This document shows positions 1-6,699 of a stretch of DNA of 64,000 nucleotides, in pieces; the first letter of the stretch is position 1, and the number at the start of each line of letters is the position of its first letter. A program made the translations under genes and the position numbers. The stretch spans positions 45,900 to 109,899 of the forward strand of contig CAWIJP010000015.1 of the NCBI GenBank assembly GCA_963836305.1, written 5' to 3'. This stretch comes from an uncultured Acidobacteriaceae bacterium. GTDB lineage: Bacteria > Acidobacteriota > Terriglobia > Terriglobales > Acidobacteriaceae. The notes under the pieces were generated by a model. It did no database searches, was not told where the DNA came from, and was given only the letters and a program-made list of their open reading frames with translations.

Positions 1-26
1 GTTGAAGACCGAATGCTCCCCTGCAA

Positions 27-3000
27 CTAGAAAGCTAACCGCAAAGCGAACTGAATCTCGCGCGGCGTTCCGCTCCCAACCGGGCTAACCGGCGTCGTAG
101 TGTTTACGGTACTTGTGATGCTACCGAAACCGCTAACTAAGGTCGTTGCATTCGGCAACCCGTACTGGGGATGGTTGAAAATGTTGAAGAACTCGGCCCG
201 AAACTCAAGCCGCAACTGTTCGGTCAACGGGAAGTGCTTCCCGAGTCCCATGTCAATTTGCCATGCGCCCGGCCCACGAGCCACGTTCCGCGGTGAATTG
301 CCCCAGGTGTCGTTGGCTGGCGCGATGAAGGCGGCGGGATTGAGCCATTGCGCGATGGTCGAACCACCCGCCGGGTATAGCGAAACTCCAGGCACCAGAT
401 CGGGTCGCTGATCGTTAGTGTTACCGTCTAGCGTTTGAGAAGACGACCGATTGATTAAAACGTTGATCGGGAATCCAGTGCGCGCCACGACTGTGGATGT
501 CAGTTCCCACTTACCGACAATGCCGTTAACAATTCCCCGCAGGTTCAAGTAGGGCTTGCCAGCTCCGAAAGGAAGCTGATACACGGCGTTGGCATTGAAG
601 ACGTGGCGAGCATCCCAGAAACCGCTGGCGCGTTCGCATGCAGGACAGGCAACATTCTGAGGCACCAATGAGTCGCCGTCGCCGCTGCCGTCCGAGCCGT
701 CGTCAATTTCGTGAGACCACATGTAATTGCCCGAAAACAGAAAGCCATGGGAGAAGGAACGCTTTAAAGCGATCGAAAGTCCGTTATAGCTACTGTTGTC
801 CTTGTTGCCGCGCCAACTCACTTGGCCAAAGTCCGGGTAAGGGCGCAGTCCCGTAACTGGGTTGACGACGTTCACTTCTGAAAGCGTAAGCAAGTGGATG
901 CCTTCGCTACCCACGTAAGAAACGGTCCCGACGAAATCCGCTGGCAGCACCCGCTGTACCGATACGCCCCACTGTGTGACGTAGGTATCCTTGCGCCGGC
1001 GGTCATCGTCGCGCGGAGAGATGATTCCCGTCGTGTCGCCCAGAAAGGGGGTGATCGGATAGCTAAGGGTCGGAATAGTCTTATTCGACAGCGAGTAGGC
1101 ATACACCTCGTTGCTGATCGGAAGGTTTTGATCGTCAAGTTGCCCGTCCTCGTGGTAGATCCCAAAGCCGGAGCGAAGTACGGTGCGCCCGTTCTTGGTT
1201 GGGTCCCAGGCAAAGGCTATTCGCGGATCGATGTCGTAATAATTCGGCTGACCGAAGCTCGCACCCACACCGCAAAATCCTTGCGGTCCACAGGTGGCGA
1301 AATCGAAGGGATTGGCGCGGCCCTGCACCTCGTGAAAGAGATTGAAGAAGCTGTAGCGTGCGCCCAGGTTCAAGGTGAAGTTCGGCACCAACTTAAACTC
1401 ATCCTGGACGTAGCCATAAAACTGGGTCTTGCGGAGACCATTGATCGGCAAGGCGCCGTTAAGCGTGGCCGTACTTACCTGATTGGCTTCGAATGCGGCC
1501 GTCGAGGCAAAGCTGACCGTTCCGGCTTCTGTGTTTCCCTGGTTCAGTTGAATGCGCCGAATCTCGACCCCGGCTTTGACCGTGTGCCGTCCTTTCACCC
1601 AGGTTAGGTTGTCGATCTCGGAGAACGAATTGCCGACTCCGGTGCTTACTTTGTTGTTATTCAGATTGGTGAAGCCGGAAACCGCGATCGCGTAGGGTAT
1701 TCCCGTTTGATTGATATCGAAAGTGTCGGCGGTACCGCGGTTGAAACCAAATTTGAACTCGTTTACCAGGGTCGGAGAGAAAATGTGCAAGAGTTCGACC
1801 GCGCCATTCACGGGAGCAGATGTAAGCTGCTGTTGGTCCAAAAGATAATTTCCTGAACTCGCAAGCGGCTGCGTATTCACCGCTCGATCGATATTCAACC
1901 GGAGGAATGCAGTTGTACTCGCGGAAAAATGCTGATCCAGGCGGACCATGGCGGAATTCTCAAAGACCTTCTGCTTGCCCTCGCTCGTAAATTCATTGAC
2001 GTCGGGATCGCTGGTCGAAGTTTGGCCCCGTGGATAAGCGTCGAGAATTGGGACGAGAACAGGAGAATCTGCGGCCACTTGAGCGCGAAACGCGGCGCTG
2101 GGAACGTAGCCGAGCAGTGGAAACCCCCAGTTTTGGCGGTAGCCTTCGTATGCGACAAAGAAAAAAGTCTTTTCGCGCACGATAGGTCCGCCGAGCGATG
2201 CCCCGAACTGATTCAAATGAAATGGCGGCTGCGTAGCCGTGGTAAAAGGAACAGGCTGTCCGGCGTCAAAGACGTTGTTGCGAAAGAATTCAAAGGCGTC
2301 GCCGTGCCACGCATTCGTACCGGACGCCGAAGTTACGGCTAGCTGCGGGCCCCCTGTTCCTCCCGCCTCGGCAGTAGAGAGCATGGCGTCGACGCGAAAC
2401 TCATCAACCGTATCCAGCGGGATCGCTAAGCGTACATAAGGTTGTTGCGGCTGGTTGATGATGTTGGTGGCATCGATGCCATCGTAAGTAAAATTGTCGT
2501 CGTCCCGCCCTCGTCCCGCAAATCGAATCGAACGTTGGTTACTACCACCGGTGTCAACCGCGCTGGGCTGAAGCGCGGTAAGTGTGGCCCAATTGCGGCC
2601 ATTGAGCGGCAGTTCTTTGGCTTGTAGCTTACTGATGTTGGTACCGAGCGCATCAGAATTTTTGTCCATCTGCGCGGAACTAGCCGACACCTCCACTCGC
2701 TGCTGACCGCCGGACACGCTGAGTGTCGCGTCAAGGGTGCGGGTCCGGCCGATCACCTGCTCGACATCTACGAACGTAAGCGCCTTGAAGCCCTCATGCT
2801 CAAACGTGATGGTGTAAACCCCCACCGGCAGCTCGGGAATATCGTAGGTTCCTCTAGCAGAGGATGTAGTTTCCCGTCGCAGTCCGGTAGCATTCTGCAC
2901 TGCGGTGATACGCGCCTGAGGTAAAACACCGCCGGAAGCATCGGTGACTGTGCCATTCAGTCCCGCACGGTCCACCTGCGCGGGCGACGACACAAAACAC

Positions 3001-3134
3001 GCCAGTATGCTGGCTAAAACAAACAACGCGGGAAGGGGCGAGCGGGTTGTGATCAGCCTTGAGACTGAGGTGAGTAGAGGGAACATTTTCGAGTTGATTT
3101 TCATTGAATTCTGTGCGGCCAGGTGAATGTTCAT
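27..3134 (-). CDS. TonB-dependent outer-membrane receptor with N-terminal carboxypeptidase-regulatory-like domain
   Basis: 1035-aa ORF. Signal peptide (..FVLASILACFVSSPAQV) is followed by 'LNGTVTDASGGVLPQARITAV..YDIPELPVGVYTITFEHEGF', a CarboxypepD_reg Ig-like fold. A long Gly/Asn/Tyr-rich barrel region follows, ending 'EIQFALRLAF' (terminal Phe typical of OMP barrels). In-frame ATGs at 3134, 3104 and 3086, so the true start is unresolved. Confidence 0.85.
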   Translation of the reverse strand: MNIHLAAQNSMKINSKMFPLLTSVSRLITTRSPLPALFVLASILACFVSSPAQVDRAGLNGTVTDASGGVLPQARITAVQNATGLRRETTSSARGTYDIPELPVGVYTITFEHEGFKALTFVDVEQVIGRTRTLDATLSVSGGQQRVEVSASSAQMDKNSDALGTNISKLQAKELPLNGRNWATLTALQPSAVDTGGSNQRSIRFAGRGRDDDNFTYDGIDATNIINQPQQPYVRLAIPLDTVDEFRVDAMLSTAEAGGTGGPQLAVTSASGTNAWHGDAFEFFRNNVFDAGQPVPFTTATQPPFHLNQFGASLGGPIVREKTFFFVAYEGYRQNWGFPLLGYVPSAAFRAQVAADSPVLVPILDAYPRGQTSTSDPDVNEFTSEGKQKVFENSAMVRLDQHFSASTTAFLRLNIDRAVNTQPLASSGNYLLDQQQLTSAPVNGAVELLHIFSPTLVNEFKFGFNRGTADTFDINQTGIPYAIAVSGFTNLNNNKVSTGVGNSFSEIDNLTWVKGRHTVKAGVEIRRIQLNQGNTEAGTVSFASTAAFEANQVSTATLNGALPINGLRKTQFYGYVQDEFKLVPNFTLNLGARYSFFNLFHEVQGRANPFDFATCGPQGFCGVGASFGQPNYYDIDPRIAFAWDPTKNGRTVLRSGFGIYHEDGQLDDQNLPISNEVYAYSLSNKTIPTLSYPITPFLGDTTGIISPRDDDRRRKDTYVTQWGVSVQRVLPADFVGTVSYVGSEGIHLLTLSEVNVVNPVTGLRPYPDFGQVSWRGNKDNSSYNGLSIALKRSFSHGFLFSGNYMWSHEIDDGSDGSGDGDSLVPQNVACPACERASGFWDARHVFNANAVYQLPFGAGKPYLNLRGIVNGIVGKWELTSTVVARTGFPINVLINRSSSQTLDGNTNDQRPDLVPGVSLYPAGGSTIAQWLNPAAFIAPANDTWGNSPRNVARGPGAWQIDMGLGKHFPLTEQLRLEFRAEFFNIFNHPQYGLPNATTLVSGFGSITSTVNTTTPVSPVGSGTPREIQFALRLAF

Positions 3135-3189
3135 GTGTGGGCTGCCCGTTCAGTTGAGTTCCGCTGGTACCGAAAACCGGATTGTTCTC

Positions 3190-3256
3190 CGTAATTCGAA
3201 CCTGGTTATCCGAAGCCGGTTATCCGAACCTGGTTGTCCGAATATGGATCGGAACC
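3190..3256. repeat. Tandem array, about 5 copies with a 14-bp period, in the TBDR upstream region
   Basis: Read directly: GTAATTCGAA (3191), GGTTATCCGAA (3204), GGTTATCCGAA (3218), GGTTGTCCGAA (3232), GGATCGGAA (3246). On the TBDR coding strand the unit reads TTCGGATAACC. The array lies about 56-122 bp upstream of the 3134 start. Confidence 0.6.
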
Positions 3257-3682
3257 TAAGTCTGTCACGCAGACGGGCAGATCGTCACGGGCAACAGACC
3301 TAAGTGAGGTTATGCACCCTTACTGCTATCTCGTCGCCAGCTTCCTTTTCGAGAACTCAATGCTGGTCGAAGTTAACAGCTATGGCGACGCAGCGTCGCC
3401 GGCGGATTCGCGGTTCTGAATTCGTCGCTCCGGGTGAGCACCGAGTCACCTCAGGCGGGGAGCGGAACGAGCAACGTTACGTGCACATAGTTAGAGAAAG
3501 TTTAAGCAGGTGTTAATTTCTGATGAAAAAACATTCACAGCGAATGTAATTCCCAGTTTTCCGCTGAATCTGCGAAGGTGTCTGTGGCAAAATTCTTTTG
3601 GTTGGCAGATCATGGCCGCGCCGACAATTTTTGCGCTGGCGATTCCGATGGCCACTCTTCAGCTCCCACGCCAAATTCGCCC

Positions 3683-5392
3683 ATGTCCCAGTCTCCAAAC
3701 CCGGCCGCGTCGCAGCAGGTGGCACCGCTGCTTGCCTTGGCCACTCAGTTCCTCAGGGCCGGGCGACCAGCCGATGCCATTGCACCGTTACGCGATGCAG
3801 CGCTGCTGCAGCGGTCGGACCCCATCATTCTGCACGATCTCGGCCTCGCCTGCCTTGAGGTCGGCCGCTTCCCCGACGCCGTTGCGGCATTGCAGCAGGC
3901 CGTCGCCTGCAATCCGCGCTACGACGATGCACACTTCCGCCTGGGAATTGCCTTCGAGAAGATGGGCAACATCGGCGCGGCAATCGCTGCGTACGGCCGG
4001 GCCACGAAGCTGCTCCCATCCCTTACCGAGGCGTGGTTCCGCGCCGGCGCCCTGGTCTACATTCTGGGCCATCGCGACCAGGCGATCGGCTGTTTCCGGC
4101 GAGCTGCCTCGGCTGGAGGCAAGAGCGGCTTCGGCCTTCTTGGCAAGGCGCGAGCGCTGCTGATCGAGGATCACAATCAGGAAGCCGAAAAGGTGCTGCG
4201 AGAGACGCTGGTCGTCGATCCGAGAAACGCGCTGGCATACGATCTGCTGGGCAATCTGTTCTCTGAGTTCGGCCGTTTCGGCGAGGCGCGCGCATGCTTC
4301 GAACGCGCGATTGCGATTGCGCCCCTGCTGGCGGGATGCTACTACGATCTTGTCCGCTGCCGCCCGGTGACGAGTGCGGATGACGGTCTGCTTCAAGCGA
4401 TGCAAGCCGCTCTGGCCATGCCGGGACTGGAAGCTGGCCAACGGCAGCGGATTCACCTCGCGATCGGCAAGGCGGCGGAGGATCTTGGCGACTACGCTCT
4501 AGCCATGCAGCATTTCGATGCCGCAGACGCTGTCAGGCGGAGCTCTGCCTCCTTCGACTCGGCCGCGTTCTCCATCGAGATCGACCGCCTGATTGCCCGC
4601 TGCACACCGGAATTGATCGCGCGCGCGCCCGAACTCGGCAGCCGCGATGCGACGCCGGTTCTGATCATCGGCATGCCGCGCTCCGGCACAACTCTGGTCG
4701 AGCAGATCGTCTCCATGCATCCCGAGGTCGGGGCGGGCGGCGAGTTGAATTTCTGGAACCAGCGCGGGGCAGAGTGGCACCGCTCCGCCGCGGCCGGAAA
4801 TGAAAAGTCGTTCGTTGCCTCCGAGTTCTCAATCTCGGAATTCGTTTTCTCGGAATTCTTGGCCAAAGCGGCGGCAGACTATCTCGGCGTGCTGCGCGCG
4901 ATTGCGCCGAAGGCGGCGCGAGTGACCGACAAGATGCCATTCAACTTCCTCTGGGCCGGGCTGATTCATATGGCATTCCCGCGCGCGACCATCATCCACT
5001 GCCGCCGCGATGCAATCGACACGGCGCTGTCGATCCATCAAACTCATTTCCATCCCAGCCTGCCGTTTCCAACCGGAGGCGCTGAACTGGTCGCGTACTT
5101 CCGCGACTATCAGCGGCTCATCGATCATTGGCGGTGCGTGCTGCCGGCGGATCGCTTCATCGAGGTCGATTACGAAGAACTGACCCGCGCGCCCGAACCA
5201 GTCATCCGGCGAATCATCGCGGCCTGCGGGTTACCGTGGAACGATGCTTGCCTTCGCCCCGAATCGAATCCACGCGCGGTGAAGACTCCCAGCAAGTGGC
5301 AAACCCGCCAGCCGATCTATCGCACCTCGGTCGCGCGCTGGCGACGCTACGAACCCTGGCTCGGGCCTCTGCGCGCGCTCGTCGATGTTTAA
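3683..5392 (+). CDS. TPR-repeat protein fused to a sulfotransferase domain
   Basis: The ORF opens at GTG 3578 and the first ATG is at 3683. The N-terminal half is TPR-like (e.g. 'LGLACLEVGRFPDAVAALQQAVACNPRYDDAHFRLGIAFEKMGNIGAAIAAYGRA'). The C-terminal half has the PAPS 5'-phosphosulfate loop 'IIGMPRSGTTLVEQ' and 'RRDAIDTALS'. Confidence 0.8.
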   Translation: MSQSPNPAASQQVAPLLALATQFLRAGRPADAIAPLRDAALLQRSDPIILHDLGLACLEVGRFPDAVAALQQAVACNPRYDDAHFRLGIAFEKMGNIGAAIAAYGRATKLLPSLTEAWFRAGALVYILGHRDQAIGCFRRAASAGGKSGFGLLGKARALLIEDHNQEAEKVLRETLVVDPRNALAYDLLGNLFSEFGRFGEARACFERAIAIAPLLAGCYYDLVRCRPVTSADDGLLQAMQAALAMPGLEAGQRQRIHLAIGKAAEDLGDYALAMQHFDAADAVRRSSASFDSAAFSIEIDRLIARCTPELIARAPELGSRDATPVLIIGMPRSGTTLVEQIVSMHPEVGAGGELNFWNQRGAEWHRSAAAGNEKSFVASEFSISEFVFSEFLAKAAADYLGVLRAIAPKAARVTDKMPFNFLWAGLIHMAFPRATIIHCRRDAIDTALSIHQTHFHPSLPFPTGGAELVAYFRDYQRLIDHWRCVLPADRFIEVDYEELTRAPEPVIRRIIAACGLPWNDACLRPESNPRAVKTPSKWQTRQPIYRTSVARWRRYEPWLGPLRALVDV

Positions 5393-5567
5393 CGCAATCT
5401 ATGCGGGGTTGAAACTGGATGCGGGTATCGCCTGATCGTAATTGCGCTAAAGCCGGCCATGCCTCACCGGGAAAAACGGCGGGGGGGAAGATGAGTGTAA
5501 TCGAGGATTTATCGCTAACCATTCCCAACATGTTGCTTGTGTGGCCAAGGGGAGCTAACATCGTCGC

Positions 5568-6092
5568 GTGGAAATCCAGAGCTTCACCGAAGAATACCAA
5601 AGCAAGACGGACGACGAGCTGTTGCGATTGGCACTCGACTCGGAGCAACTGACCCCCGAAGCCGGTGCTGCTCTGAATGACGAGCTCGCCCGGCGACGAA
5701 TTGATAAGAATGAACAGCTACAGGCTTTTATTGAGCAAGAAGAGCAACGCAAAAAGGAGCAAAGGAGAAACCCCGGAAATTTGTTCGTTCTTCATCCGTA
5801 TGGTGTTGGTCGTGATCGGTTTGGAAAAGTTGGATGCATCTACAGTCCAGAAACAGGCAAGGAGCGGTTTAAGACGACCGTGTTTGTTGTATTGTTGTGG
5901 CTACCGCTGATACCGACCGGGACATTTATTGTTGAGAAAAAGCGATCATTTTTCTCGAGACAAGTCACAATTCTGGAAAGACTTCCTCTCGACTGGGAGC
6001 AAGTGTTGAAGGTCTGGGTAGTGGCGTTTGCTATTCTTCTCGCTGTGATTTGGGCCGTTAAGCTGCTGCCTCACATCCTCTACAGAGCATAA
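5568..6092 (+). CDS. Hypothetical membrane protein
   Basis: 174-aa ORF with GTG start. Charged helical N-terminus ('DDELLRLALDSEQLTPEAGAALNDELARRR') and two hydrophobic helices ('TTVFVVLLWLPLIP', 'VVAFAILLAVIWAVKLL'). No family recognised. Confidence 0.45.
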   Translation: MEIQSFTEEYQSKTDDELLRLALDSEQLTPEAGAALNDELARRRIDKNEQLQAFIEQEEQRKKEQRRNPGNLFVLHPYGVGRDRFGKVGCIYSPETGKERFKTTVFVVLLWLPLIPTGTFIVEKKRSFFSRQVTILERLPLDWEQVLKVWVVAFAILLAVIWAVKLLPHILYRA

Positions 6093-6124
6093 GCTGATTA
6101 CACCAGTCACGGAGTCAGCAAGCT

Positions 6125-6379
6125 TCACCTTCCGCGCCTTCGCTGATCGAACGCGAGATACACAAGAAAACAAGCAGTCGCTACGGCGGTAAACACCGCC
6201 ACTTCTGGCAATCCATCAAGAACGGATCCGTTGGAGTGTCTGACAATCCATTTTTCCCAGAGAAGAACTAACAGGATCGCATAAAACAAAACACCTGCGA
6301 CCGCATACAGCTTCCATCCGGTGAGGAGAGGCCTTCGTCGCATAGTCGGCTCCAATGATCCCATTAAATCGCTCTGCAA
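6125..6379 (-). CDS. Hypothetical small two-helix membrane protein
   Basis: 84-aa ORF with 'LYAVAGVLFYAILLVLLW' and 'VAVFTAVATACFLVYLAF' and a basic C-terminus. No family recognised. An alternative start is Met13. Confidence 0.35.
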   Translation of the reverse strand: MQSDLMGSLEPTMRRRPLLTGWKLYAVAGVLFYAILLVLLWEKWIVRHSNGSVLDGLPEVAVFTAVATACFLVYLAFDQRRRGR

Positions 6380-6699
6380 GGGTAGCTGTTGAAACCAGCG
6401 TTAACACTCAGAACCAGTCCCCAGAGATCAAACTATTGCCATAACTCAACACAAAAAAGACTCTGACCGGCGGAGCTGCGCGCTAACAGTCCGCACCCTG
6501 TAACGTTGCCACCTCAAACGCCAACATTACAAAAATGTAATCCCGGCGTCATGCTGCTGTCTCCTTCTCAAAACTAGAGTGGTCGCGTTGGTGTACTGAG
6601 TGCTTGCGCCAAGCCCTGTTGGAGAAGCTGAGCACCGCTACGAACTCCCTGCTACTAACGTTGCGCGATGAAAAAAAAATTCCAGGAGGAGAACGGCAT

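Noticed and set aside
3190-3256. CRISPR-like array (also considered for 6709-6792)
   Set aside because: The units are 12-14 bp and contiguous, with no unique spacers. One array is inside a coding region. There are no cas genes in the window.
3135-3300. Possible cobalamin or other riboswitch in the leader of the first TBDR
   Set aside because: Read on the coding strand, I find no B12-box-like element or other riboswitch core I recognise. The region is dominated by the 14-bp direct repeats instead.
6526-6541. Palindrome ATTACA-aaaa-TGTAAT upstream of the phosphoesterase gene as a Pho-box or operator
   Set aside because: The arms are only 6 bp in an AT-rich stretch, and it bears no resemblance to the CTGTCAT-type Pho box. 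Too weak to call.
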